From an archaeon (GTDB lineage: Archaea > Iainarchaeota > Iainarchaeia > Iainarchaeales > JANQMZ01), in assembly GCA_028279805.1 (NCBI GenBank), contig JANQMZ010000007.1, positions 150,001 to 182,000 of the forward strand: a stretch of DNA of 32,000 nucleotides, read 5' to 3'. The notes beneath the pieces were generated by a model, which was not told the DNA's origin, ran no database searches, and saw nothing but the letters and a program-made list of their open reading frames with translations. The position numbers and the translations under genes are program-made. This document shows, in pieces, positions 1 to 8,937 of this stretch (position 1 is its first letter; each line of letters opens with the position of its first letter).

Positions 1-382
1 GCCGGGCCCGGGCGAAAACTGTTTAAATCTGGATGCGGATGAAAAAATTTTGAAAAATGAGAATGTAAATGTTTCAGTTGAATGCTTAACGCCTTTAACA
101 GGAAATGATTTGATTAATTTGGTTTTTAAAAATATTTCAGGGCAGATTGTTTTACAGGATTCAGTTTTGTGTAAGGACGATTCAAAAGAATTCGGCCCTT
201 TTGCAAAAACAGGTTCTTATTCTGTTCAGGGTTCAGATTCTCAGAACCGGTGCAATGGCAAAGACTTTTTTTCAGTTATTGATCCTGCTTTAACCGCTGG
301 AATTCCTGAAATTCATCCTGCGTTTGGCTTACTTATAGCATTAAGTGTTTTGTTTATTTTAAGAAGAAAAGCGTTGGAATAA
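1..382 (+). CDS. C-terminal fragment of a secreted/surface protein with a C-terminal TM segment and basic tail (frame open from the window edge)
   Basis: The frame is open from base 2 (PGPGENCLNLDADEKILKNENVNV...), so the listed TTG start at 50 is probably an artefact. C-terminus IPEIHPAFGLLIALSVLFILRRKALE resembles an archaeal sorting/anchor tripartite signal. Confidence 0.55.
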   Translation, partial: PGPGENCLNLDADEKILKNENVNVSVECLTPLTGNDLINLVFKNISGQIVLQDSVLCKDDSKEFGPFAKTGSYSVQGSDSQNRCNGKDFFSVIDPALTAGIPEIHPAFGLLIALSVLFILRRKALE

Positions 383-415
383 GCATTTTAAACGCTTTTG
401 TTATTTTTTAATATC

Positions 416-877
416 ATGCTGGTTGAAGTGGGTTTCAGGAACGGCAAATTTGATGCTTTAGGGGAATCAGTAAAACAAAGCATTATTGAAGATTTGAATA
501 TTAAAACAATTGAAAAAGTTTCATATTCTGAGGGTTTTTTGCTGCCTGAAAGTTTTTCACAAAAACAAGCGGAAGAACTTGCTGTAAAACTTTTTCATGA
601 CCCCATAAACCAGATTTTTTCAGTTAATTCTCCTGTTAAAAAAGACAGCAGTTTTGTCATAACCGTTCAGTATCATTCCAATGTTACTGATAATGTTGGA
701 ATTGCAGCTGAAGAAGGAATAAAGGATTTGGGTTTTGAATTTAAAAAAAATGAACACGTGCGTTCTTTAAAAAAATATTACCTGTACGGCTCTTTATCGG
801 AAAAAGAAGCAGAAGAAATTGCTTCAGGATTGCTTGCAAACAAATTAGTGGAAGAATTTGATGTAAAAAAATGTTAA
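416..877 (+). CDS. purS: Phosphoribosylformylglycinamidine synthase PurS-like subunit with two PurS-like halves
   Basis: ATG at 416 is in frame with the listed TTG at 398. The second half (FVITVQYHSNVTDNVGIAAEEGIKDLGF...AEEIASGLLANKLVEEF) is PurS-like. It sits 10 bp upstream of purL. Confidence 0.75.
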   Translation: MLVEVGFRNGKFDALGESVKQSIIEDLNIKTIEKVSYSEGFLLPESFSQKQAEELAVKLFHDPINQIFSVNSPVKKDSSFVITVQYHSNVTDNVGIAAEEGIKDLGFEFKKNEHVRSLKKYYLYGSLSEKEAEEIASGLLANKLVEEFDVKKC

Positions 878-887
878 AAGTGTTAAA

Positions 888-3281
888 ATGAATCTGACAG
901 AAAGAAAAGATGTGAAAACAATTCCGATTATTGAAATGAATGACGAACAGTTAATGGATGCAAGCAAAAATTTTTTATTATCATTAAAATTAAATGAAAT
1001 GAAAACAATTCAGGAACATTTTTTAAAACTTGAAAGAAATCCCACTGATGCAGAACTTGAAACTCTTGCACAAACCTGGTCAGAACACTGTAAGCACAAA
1101 GTGTTTAACAGTTCATTTGAATATGTTGAAAACGGTTCCTCCGAAAATATTGAAAATTTGTTTAAGGAAACAATAAAAAAATCAACAAAAGAAATAATGC
1201 AGAAAGAAAACTGGCTTGTATCCGTTTTTGAAGATAATGCGGGAATAATTTCTTTTAATGAAAATTTTGACATCGCATTCAAAGTTGAAACGCATAACCA
1301 TCCGTCCGCACTTGACCCTTATGGGGGAGCAAGCACAGGCGTGGGAGGAGTTGTCAGGGACATTTTAGGTGTTGGTTTGGGTGCGAAACCTTTTGCCAAT
1401 ACTGATGTTTTTTGCTTTGCTTTGCCTGAAACTCCTAAGGAAAAAATACCTAAAGGAATTTTACACCCAAAACGTATTTTTAAAGGGGTTAGGGCCGGAG
1501 TTGCTGATTATGGAAACAGGCTTGGAATTCCGACAGTTAATGGTGCAATTTTTTTTGATCAAAGATATCTGGGTAATCCGCTTGTTTATTGCGGCACTCT
1601 TGGAATAATTCCCAAAGGATTTCATCAGAAATCTCCAAAACAAAACGATTTGATTGTTGCTCTCGGCGCCAGAACAGGAAGGGACGGAATTCATGGTGCC
1701 ACTTTTTCATCAGCAGAATTATCAGATTCAACTGACTCAAGTGCTGTTCAGATAGGAAATCCCATTGAGGAAAAAAAATTTTTAGATGTTTTGTTAAAAG
1801 CAAGAGATTTGAAACTGTATTCAAGCATAACTGATTGCGGTGCGGGAGGTTTTTCTTCCGCAGTTGGTGAAATGGGTGAAGAAACAGGCGCTGAAGTTTT
1901 TCTGGAAAAAGTTCCGCTAAAATATGCCGGCTTAAAGCCCTGGGAAATCTGGTTAAGTGAAAGCCAGGAAAGAATGATTTTATCTGTTCCTGAAAAAAAT
2001 ATTGAAAAATTAAAACAATTGTGTAATGAGGAAAATGTTGAAGCAACTGTTATTGGAAAATTTACGAATGACAAAAAATTAAAAGTGTTTTTTGAAAAAG
2101 ATTTAATTTTAAATCTTGACATGAATTTTTTGCATAAAGGGTTGCCAAAATCAAAATTAAAAGCTGTCTGGAATTCGGAAAAAGAAAAAGCAACACAATT
2201 TTCAGAACCTGAAAACATTTCAGAAATTCTTAAACAAATTTTGTCAATGCATAACATTGCAAGCAAGGAATCAACTGTCAGGTTGTATGACCATGAAGTT
2301 CAGGGAGGCACTTTGCTAAAACCTTTTATGGGTTTAACCGGTGAAGCTCCCGCTGACTCAAGCGTTGTTACTCCTGTTCTGGGTGAAAAAAAAGCTGTTG
2401 CTGTTTCAAATTCTTTAAATCCCTGGTATGGGGACATTGACCCTTACTGGATGGCTTTTTCATGTGTTGATGAAGCTGTAAGAAATATTGTTGCAACCGG
2501 ATGTGAAATTGAAAGAATTGCATTGCTTGACAATTTTTGCTGGGGTTCTCCTGAAAAAGAGGAAAATCTTGGAAAACTGGTCAGAACAGCAAAAGGGTGT
2601 TATTCTGCCTCAAAAGACTTTAATGCTCCCTTTATTTCAGGCAAAGATTCTTTTTACAACGAGTTTTCGGTTAATGGCAAAATTATTTCAGTTCCCGGAA
2701 CTTTGCTGATTAGTGCAATGGCTGTTGTTAAGGATGTGTCAAAAATTTTAAGCCCCGGTTTTAAAAAAGCTGAAAATTTGATTTATTTAACCGGAAACAC
2801 TTTTGAAGAATTGGGAGGATCAGCTTTTGCTCATCTCATAAATGATTCTAATGGAAAAGTTCCGAAAGTTGATTCTGTCAAAGCTTTAAAATCTTATAAT
2901 GCTTTAAGCAAAGCATCTTCTCATGGCTTGGTTAAGGGAATGCATGATTTGAGTGACGGAGGATTAGGTGTTGCCTTAAGTGAAATGTGTTTTGCCAAAA
3001 ATCTTGGAGCAGAAATTGATTTGAAAAAAATTAAAACAGGTGAAAACATTTCAAGAAACGATTTTTTGCTTTTTTCTGAAAGCAATTCACGTTTGTTAGT
3101 TGAAGTTGAAGCGGGAAAAGAAAAAGAATTTGAAAAAATTTTAAAAGGCACAGATTTTTCTTTAATCGGAAAAGTTTCAAAAGAACCTGTTTTAAAAATA
3201 ACCGGGTTGAACGGAAAAAAAATTGTTGACCAAAAAATTGAATTGTTAAAAAATGCATGGAGAAAAACTTTAAAGTGGTAA
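888..3281 (+). CDS. purL: Phosphoribosylformylglycinamidine synthase subunit PurL
   Basis: 797 aa; TWSEHCKHK, KVETHNHPSALDPYGGASTGVGG and SDCxAGG-type motifs (ITDCGAGGFSSAVGEMGEETG); gene order purS-purL-purQ. Confidence 0.97.
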   Translation: MNLTERKDVKTIPIIEMNDEQLMDASKNFLLSLKLNEMKTIQEHFLKLERNPTDAELETLAQTWSEHCKHKVFNSSFEYVENGSSENIENLFKETIKKSTKEIMQKENWLVSVFEDNAGIISFNENFDIAFKVETHNHPSALDPYGGASTGVGGVVRDILGVGLGAKPFANTDVFCFALPETPKEKIPKGILHPKRIFKGVRAGVADYGNRLGIPTVNGAIFFDQRYLGNPLVYCGTLGIIPKGFHQKSPKQNDLIVALGARTGRDGIHGATFSSAELSDSTDSSAVQIGNPIEEKKFLDVLLKARDLKLYSSITDCGAGGFSSAVGEMGEETGAEVFLEKVPLKYAGLKPWEIWLSESQERMILSVPEKNIEKLKQLCNEENVEATVIGKFTNDKKLKVFFEKDLILNLDMNFLHKGLPKSKLKAVWNSEKEKATQFSEPENISEILKQILSMHNIASKESTVRLYDHEVQGGTLLKPFMGLTGEAPADSSVVTPVLGEKKAVAVSNSLNPWYGDIDPYWMAFSCVDEAVRNIVATGCEIERIALLDNFCWGSPEKEENLGKLVRTAKGCYSASKDFNAPFISGKDSFYNEFSVNGKIISVPGTLLISAMAVVKDVSKILSPGFKKAENLIYLTGNTFEELGGSAFAHLINDSNGKVPKVDSVKALKSYNALSKASSHGLVKGMHDLSDGGLGVALSEMCFAKNLGAEIDLKKIKTGENISRNDFLLFSESNSRLLVEVEAGKEKEFEKILKGTDFSLIGKVSKEPVLKITGLNGKKIVDQKIELLKNAWRKTLKW

Positions 3282-3282
3282 A

Positions 3283-4053
3283 ATGAATCCAAAAGCAATT
3301 GTTATGAGAACTGCGGGAACAAATTGTGATACCGAACTTGTTTATGCTTTAAAGTTGGCCGGATTTGACACTGATTTGATTCATGTTAATAGTTTTATCA
3401 GCGGAAAAACAAGCCTGGATGATTATGATTTTCTGGGTTTTTCAGGCGGTTTTTCTCATGGTGATTATCTGGGTTCAGGCAAAATTTTTGCAAACAAATT
3501 AAAATATAATCTTGAAAAAAAGGTTCCTCAATTTATTGAAAAAGGTGGGCTTGTTTTGGGAGTGTGCAACGGCTTTCAGATTCTGGTTAAAAGCGGTATT
3601 TTGCCGGGTTTTAATAATGATTATTCGTCTGAACAGTCTGTTACTTTGAGTTTTAATGATTCAGGAAATTTTCAATGTGAATGGATTGAACTCAAAAAAG
3701 AACAAAGCAAAAGTGTTTTCACGCATGGAATTGACATGCTTAGAATGCCTATTGCTCACGGAGAGGGAAAATTTGATCCCGGTTCTGAGGAAATTTTAAA
3801 CAAATTGAAAAAAAATAACCAGATTGTTTTTAAGTATGTGAATAATCCGAACGGTTCTGTTGAAAATATTGCAGGAATTTGTGATGAAACCGGGCGTGTT
3901 TTAGGTTTAATGCCTCACCCTGAAAGAAATGTTCACATTTTTTCAGATCCTTTAAAACTTCTTGAAAAAGAAAACATCAAAGAAAAAAACGGTGCAGGTT
4001 TAAAAATTTTTACAAATGCTCTTTCCTATATTAAATCAGAAAGGAATAAATGA
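3283..4053 (+). CDS. purQ: Phosphoribosylformylglycinamidine synthase glutaminase subunit PurQ
   Basis: Class I glutamine amidotransferase motifs LVLGVCNGFQIL (nucleophile Cys) and GLMPHPERN; adjacent to purL. Confidence 0.96.
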   Translation: MNPKAIVMRTAGTNCDTELVYALKLAGFDTDLIHVNSFISGKTSLDDYDFLGFSGGFSHGDYLGSGKIFANKLKYNLEKKVPQFIEKGGLVLGVCNGFQILVKSGILPGFNNDYSSEQSVTLSFNDSGNFQCEWIELKKEQSKSVFTHGIDMLRMPIAHGEGKFDPGSEEILNKLKKNNQIVFKYVNNPNGSVENIAGICDETGRVLGLMPHPERNVHIFSDPLKLLEKENIKEKNGAGLKIFTNALSYIKSERNK

Positions 4054-4770
4054 ATTGATTCCGTTCAGCAGAATAAAAACAACGCTTCCAAGAACTGCAA
4101 GAATTATGACGTTGAGGATTGGACCCCAGTTAAATGTTTCTCTTATTACAACGTAAGGAACAATTATTGCTGAAATTATAAAAATTATTGCCGCAATTAA
4201 TGCAATTATTACAATGGGGAGAAAAAATTGCCCTGAATAAGAATTGTAAGCATTCCTTAAATCGTTGCTGTTTTTTACATTTAAATTGTTTTCAGAAATA
4301 AGTAAATTTAATCTTTCAGAGTCACGGCTTTCAATTGAATTAATAATATTGATTCCTGTTCGGATTGAAAGGTTTTCATTTTCAACAACATTTATTACTG
4401 TTTTTGTGGACGGGGAAACAAACAAAAGCAAAACTGTTGCCAGAATTGAAACAACAATAAACCCGAACCAAATCAGTGACAAAGCGGATGCAAATCCTTT
4501 AAAGTCATGCCTTACCAGTGTTTCTTTTCTTACAATTTTGTGCCCTGCAAAAAAAACAAAAGACAAGACAAGCCATGTAATTATGCTTTTTAATGCTGAA
4601 AAAATTGTTGTAATAATGTTTGCATTTAATCCGTTTATTAAAAAACTTATAAAGCCAAGAAAGCTTGGAACAATTACAAAAAGCAAGGCAAGTTTGTAAT
4701 CCGGCTTTTCCAAAAATTCCAGAACCGTTTCTTTCGGATGCCTGAAAAAACTTAAACTTGGAATATGCAT
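4036..4770 (-). CDS. Polytopic membrane protein, Yip1-like
   Basis: 244 aa, several hydrophobic segments, N-terminal FFRHPKETVLEFLEKPDYKLAL typical of Yip1-type proteins; 18 bp convergent overlap with the purQ 3' end. Confidence 0.6.
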   Translation of the reverse strand: MHIPSLSFFRHPKETVLEFLEKPDYKLALLFVIVPSFLGFISFLINGLNANIITTIFSALKSIITWLVLSFVFFAGHKIVRKETLVRHDFKGFASALSLIWFGFIVVSILATVLLLFVSPSTKTVINVVENENLSIRTGINIINSIESRDSERLNLLISENNLNVKNSNDLRNAYNSYSGQFFLPIVIIALIAAIIFIISAIIVPYVVIRETFNWGPILNVIILAVLGSVVFILLNGINSFIPF

Positions 4771-4833
4771 AAATTCACCATTTTTAGCTATTATTGGCTT
4801 TTTTCTTATTTAAATTTAACTAAAAAAAAGCTT

Positions 4834-5229
4834 TTACATGTTTATTTCTTCAAGCTTGAATTTAATTTGCAAACCGTTTGTTACCTGAATGCCCTCAATT
4901 CCTGTTTTTGCATATTCCCCGTTTTCATAAATTGCCCAGTAATGTGTTTGTCCGGCTTCAACACCTGCAATTGATGTGACAAATTTTCCGAAAGAAAATT
5001 CCTGCGTTTCAACACTTGTTAAAGATTCAAGCAATTTTAAAACATTTGATTCTTCTTCTGCATCAACTATTTCTTCAAGCAATGTTTTTCCGTTAGCTTC
5101 AACCAGAAAAAAAACTGTTACAGTTTCAGAATCAGTTTCTGTCTGTTTTTGAATTTGCCCGGTACAACCTGAAATCAGTAACATTGTTGCCAGTAACGGA
5201 ACGAACAGCAACAATTTCCATTTGTTCAT
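4834..5229 (-). CDS. DUF4430-type lipoprotein, putative extracytoplasmic ligand-binding protein
   Basis: Signal peptide with lipobox LLISGC; TVFFLVEANGKTLLEEIVDAEEESNVLKLLE...GQTHYWAIYENGEYAKTGIEGIQVTNG. Confidence 0.65.
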   Translation of the reverse strand: MNKWKLLLFVPLLATMLLISGCTGQIQKQTETDSETVTVFFLVEANGKTLLEEIVDAEEESNVLKLLESLTSVETQEFSFGKFVTSIAGVEAGQTHYWAIYENGEYAKTGIEGIQVTNGLQIKFKLEEINM

Positions 5230-5815
5230 TTTTTTTATTCCTCCATTTTAACATTGGTGAAAAAATTTTTGCAAAAAAAGCATTTGAAACAATATGTGTT
5301 AAAGAAAAAGGCAAAGAAGTCAGAAAATACATTGGTATTCCTATTAAGCCTGCAAACAAACCTATTCCCATCATACTCCCTGATAAATTCATAACAATTT
5401 CAAAAAATACTGTGCCCAAAACACTTGCAATTATTAAATTAGCTGAATTAATTTTCCTGGTTTTTCCAAAAATTCCTCCCAAAACTCCGCCGCCTGCCGC
5501 GCCAATTGCCTGAAAAACTGTCCATGGTCCCTGTAAACCCCATACAAAAAAATTTGAAACAATGTAAGCAGAAGAACCAAGAGTAAATCCTTCCTTTATT
5601 CCGAAAATCATTCCTGCAATAACTGCCAATGGAATAATCGGTTCAACGCTTGGAATTCCCTGCAATGCAACTCTCCCCAAAACCGCTCCTGAAAATAAAA
5701 CCATAAACGTTGTAAGGTTTTTCATGTCCTGTTTTATTTTTTGTCTTGAAAGCCAGTTTGAAATTTTTTCTTTTTTTTCATCAAGCGGTTTTTGAATTGA
5801 AACAGTTTTTTGCAT
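5132..5815 (-). CDS. ECF-type transporter substrate-binding (S) component-like membrane protein
   Basis: GAVLGRVALQGIPSVEPIIPLAVIAGMIFGIKEGFTLGSSAYIVSNFF; five to six hydrophobic segments; adjacent to the DUF4430 lipoprotein gene. Confidence 0.7.
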   Translation of the reverse strand: MQKTVSIQKPLDEKKEKISNWLSRQKIKQDMKNLTTFMVLFSGAVLGRVALQGIPSVEPIIPLAVIAGMIFGIKEGFTLGSSAYIVSNFFVWGLQGPWTVFQAIGAAGGGVLGGIFGKTRKINSANLIIASVLGTVFFEIVMNLSGSMMGIGLFAGLIGIPMYFLTSLPFSLTHIVSNAFFAKIFSPMLKWRNKKNEQMEIVAVRSVTGNNVTDFRLYRANSKTDRN

Positions 5816-5895
5816 CTTACGATTAATGTTCAGGAATATTTAAACATTGAATAAAAGATAACAATCATTATCCTTAATATAGCATCTTGCAGTGA

Positions 5896-6966
5896 CTATC
5901 TTGTTTTTTGAGCTGAAACAACAGTTTCATATAATTCTTTTGCTTTTTTGTTTTTTTCAAAATGCTCTCTCACAGGCTTTATTAACGTATTTAACTCTGT
6001 TGCAACCATTTTTTTCAAATCAGCCGGATGTAATTTTCCTGAAGAATATGTTTTTTCCAATTCTTCATATGACTGCAATTCCAGGGTTCCTCCGAATTTT
6101 TTGTCTCTTTCAATTGTAACTGAGTTTTTGGATTTGAATATTATTTCTTTTGACCATTCAATCATCGGATTTCCTTCAATTTGTTTTTCCGGGCATAATG
6201 CTTTGTTTATTTTTTTTAAAATTTCTTGTTCGGAATCATGTACAAAAATGCTTGACTCGGGAAAAGATTTTGACATTTTGTTTTCAGCCGCACTCTTCCC
6301 TTCCCTCGGGCCGAACAATCCCAAAAGCATGTGATGATGGACAGCAACAGGTTTTTTTTTGTTTAATTTTGCTGCAACTTCTCTTGCCAGCATGTTTGCT
6401 CTGCGTTGATCCATTCCAAGCTGGCAAATGTCAACGTTTAATTTGAAAACATCTGTAACCTGCATTGCTGGATAAAACAATTGTGCATTTGTAAGTTTTT
6501 CCTGCTGTGTTCTTCCCATTATGTCAATTGCGCGCATGGCTCTCGGCAGTGAAATGTTTGCCCCTACTTTGATAAAAGTGTCCCAGTAATCCACTGAATC
6601 CATTAACTCTGAAGCCCATACAATTTCAATTTTTTTTAAATCAATTCCTGCAGCTTTCCATACCTCAAGAAAATATTTTCCGCATTTTTGAATCAAATCC
6701 ATATTCCTGTTAAGCTTGTTGTTTGCAAATGCATGATAGTCTGCGAGTAAAAGCTTGAATTTTATTCCTGTTTTTAATAATTGTTTTAAATTCATGGGCC
6801 TGTAAACGCCTATTGGCATGTGAGCCAATCCTGAGGGCTCAAATCCGTCGTAAGCTATGGGATGTGAATTTGTTTCAAACAAGTCCTTTAACTCTTCTTC
6901 TGTTATGATTTCTTTGCTCATTTCACGCATTATCTGCATTTTTTTTTCCAAATCCATGAATCTCAC
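5896..6966 (-). CDS. tyrS: Tyrosyl-tRNA synthetase, archaeal type
   Basis: 356 aa; AYDGFEPSGLAHMPIG (HIGH equivalent), ADYHAFANNK, QVTDVFKLNVDICQLGMDQRRANMLAREVA, KMSKS. Confidence 0.95.
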   Translation of the reverse strand: MRFMDLEKKMQIMREMSKEIITEEELKDLFETNSHPIAYDGFEPSGLAHMPIGVYRPMNLKQLLKTGIKFKLLLADYHAFANNKLNRNMDLIQKCGKYFLEVWKAAGIDLKKIEIVWASELMDSVDYWDTFIKVGANISLPRAMRAIDIMGRTQQEKLTNAQLFYPAMQVTDVFKLNVDICQLGMDQRRANMLAREVAAKLNKKKPVAVHHHMLLGLFGPREGKSAAENKMSKSFPESSIFVHDSEQEILKKINKALCPEKQIEGNPMIEWSKEIIFKSKNSVTIERDKKFGGTLELQSYEELEKTYSSGKLHPADLKKMVATELNTLIKPVREHFEKNKKAKELYETVVSAQKTR

Positions 6967-7025
6967 TAAAATGGTTTTAAATCAATAGTAGTTTAAGATT
7001 TATATTAATTGTTCTTGGTGTGTTT

Positions 7026-7451
7026 ATGGTTAAAAGCGTGCTTGTTTTTGGCACTTTTGATGTTCTGCATTTGGGTCATGTTTTTTATTTAAATGAAGCA
7101 AAATCTCTTGGAGACAAACTAATTGTTATTGTGGCAAGAGATAAAACCGTTAAAAAATTAAAAAAACAACAGCCTTTAAATTCTGAACAGCAGAGAATGG
7201 ATTTTGTTAAAAAAATTCCCATTGTTGATAAAGTTTTTCTGGGAAAAGATTTTTTTTCAGACAAGTTTGAAATAATTGAAAAAATTAAGCCTCAAATTAT
7301 TGCATTTGGCTACGACCATCCTCATAATGAAAAAGAAATAAAAAAAGAACTTGAAAAAAGAGGATTGAACTGCAAAATTAAAAGAATGAAAGCACATCAT
7401 CCTGAAAAATATAAAAGTTCTAAAATTAAGGAAAAAATTTTTTCAAAATAA
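7026..7451 (+). CDS. ribL: Cytidylyltransferase-family protein, FAD synthase (RibL)-like
   Basis: VLVFGTFDVLHLGHVFYLNEAKSLGD (HxGH motif), short single domain typical of archaeal RibL. Start taken at ATG 7026 rather than GTG 7020. Confidence 0.75.
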   Translation: MVKSVLVFGTFDVLHLGHVFYLNEAKSLGDKLIVIVARDKTVKKLKKQQPLNSEQQRMDFVKKIPIVDKVFLGKDFFSDKFEIIEKIKPQIIAFGYDHPHNEKEIKKELEKRGLNCKIKRMKAHHPEKYKSSKIKEKIFSK

Positions 7452-7475
7452 AAAAAACAGTGTTTTAATTATTGT

Positions 7476-7988
7476 TTAAACTTCTTCATCTTCAAAATAT
7501 TCTTCTCTTTCTTCTTTTGTTTTAACATCCAAAGCGTCATGACTTCTGTGAGTTTTTTCAACATCTAAAATAAAATTTGAATGAATCATGTCCCTGCCAA
7601 TCAAAATAGGGTAAGACATTCCTGTTCTGTCCGCAACAGTCATCTGCACTTTATGTTTTCTTCCCTTAAATTTTATGATTCCTTTAACAACCGGCCTTCG
7701 AATTGACTTTGTCAACATTGTTTTGCTTTTAACCTGAACTGTTTTTATGATGGGACCCAAGCCTGCTTTTGCAGCTAGTCTCATGTCAACACTTGATCTT
7801 GTTGCTCCGGTGTCAAACAATGCTTTTGATTTTACTGCATCTTTTTGTCCTATTATCCATACTGTTTCAACCAATCCAACCAATTGTTTTCCTCCGAATA
7901 AATCAGTAACCGCTTTTTTTGAAACAGAAAAAATATCAGAAAGCCCTGTTTTTCTTGTTTTTAAGCTTTTTTTATCATTTTGAGCCAT
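7476..7988 (-). CDS. Retropepsin-like aspartic protease, RimK-associated ('ATP-dependent zinc protease' / RimB-like) family
   Basis: ALFDTGATRSSVDMRLAAKAGLG catalytic DTGAT motif; PILIGRDMIHSNFILD C-terminal motif. Confidence 0.8.
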   Translation of the reverse strand: MAQNDKKSLKTRKTGLSDIFSVSKKAVTDLFGGKQLVGLVETVWIIGQKDAVKSKALFDTGATRSSVDMRLAAKAGLGPIIKTVQVKSKTMLTKSIRRPVVKGIIKFKGRKHKVQMTVADRTGMSYPILIGRDMIHSNFILDVEKTHRSHDALDVKTKEEREEYFEDEEV

Positions 7989-8093
7989 TAATTAAAGTTT
8001 GTGCAAAAACTATTTAAATTGATTAATGGCAATTACATCATTAAACTTGTTGTTTAACGGCTTTTTTATTTTAAAATTTTTTTAGTGATTTAA

Positions 8094-8933
8094 ATGAATT
8101 TGTTGCTTTTAAGAGTTGAAAAAACCAGAACACAGATAGAATTGCAAAAATCTTTTGAAAAAAAAGGATTTAATGTAAAAACTCTTAATTTGAAAAAATT
8201 AAGTTTGTTGTCTGACAGAAAAAAAACAGAATTAAAAAATGGTGATATAAACTTTGACAAAATTAATGCTGTTTATTTAAGGGCACCTTTGCAGATTAAT
8301 TCTTTTGTTGAACCGTTGCTTGACATTTTTAAAGAAAAAAAAATTTACTGCCAATACAAGCCAAATTCTTATTATAATTCTTCAAATGAAGCGTTACAAT
8401 TTAATGCTTTAAATTTAAACGGAATAAAAATCGCAAAAGTTGTAACATTCGGGGATTCAAACACTATTCAGTCACATGTAAACAAATTTGAATACCCTGT
8501 TTTATTCAAATCTTTTAGAAAACAGCAAAAAAGCCAGACAATTCTGGTTGAATCAGCCCGTTCCTTAAAATCAATTGCCAAAAGCATTCGCTTTAACATT
8601 GATGGGGCAGTAATAAGAGAATTTGTTGAAGGGCCTGTTGAAGACTGTGCGGTTATAGGTGACAAAGTTTTTACAATAAGAAGAAAATGGCTGGGAGATG
8701 AGCCTCAAAAACTTTCAAAAGGCAAGCTTGTAAAACTTTCAAAAACAGAAAAAGAAACAGCGGTTAAAGCAGCACAAGTTTGCGGTTTTGACATTGCAAC
8801 AGTTAAGCTTGCACAAGGCAACGTTTCAAAAGTCCGCCCTGGCATATCTTACCTGACTTTCAGCAAAAAATCAGGGGATTCAATGTTTGACGAGGTTGCA
8901 GATTTTTATTCAAAAAAATTAAATTTTAAGTGA
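8094..8933 (+). CDS. RimK-like ATP-grasp family protein, divergent in the C-terminal metal-binding region
   Basis: Conserved fold pattern (FEYPVLFKSFRKQQKSQTILVES..., GAVIREFVEG), but the expected ExN...PG segment reads NVSKVRPGISY. Confidence 0.65.
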   Translation: MNLLLLRVEKTRTQIELQKSFEKKGFNVKTLNLKKLSLLSDRKKTELKNGDINFDKINAVYLRAPLQINSFVEPLLDIFKEKKIYCQYKPNSYYNSSNEALQFNALNLNGIKIAKVVTFGDSNTIQSHVNKFEYPVLFKSFRKQQKSQTILVESARSLKSIAKSIRFNIDGAVIREFVEGPVEDCAVIGDKVFTIRRKWLGDEPQKLSKGKLVKLSKTEKETAVKAAQVCGFDIATVKLAQGNVSKVRPGISYLTFSKKSGDSMFDEVADFYSKKLNFK

Positions 8934-8937
8934 TATT

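Noticed and set aside
1537-2266. Minus-strand ORFs of 169 and 172 aa inside purL
   Set aside because: Antisense shadow ORFs within a confidently identified gene.
5816-5895. Possible small RNA or riboswitch in the tyrS/ECF intergenic gap
   Set aside because: Low GC, no convincing stems by eye.
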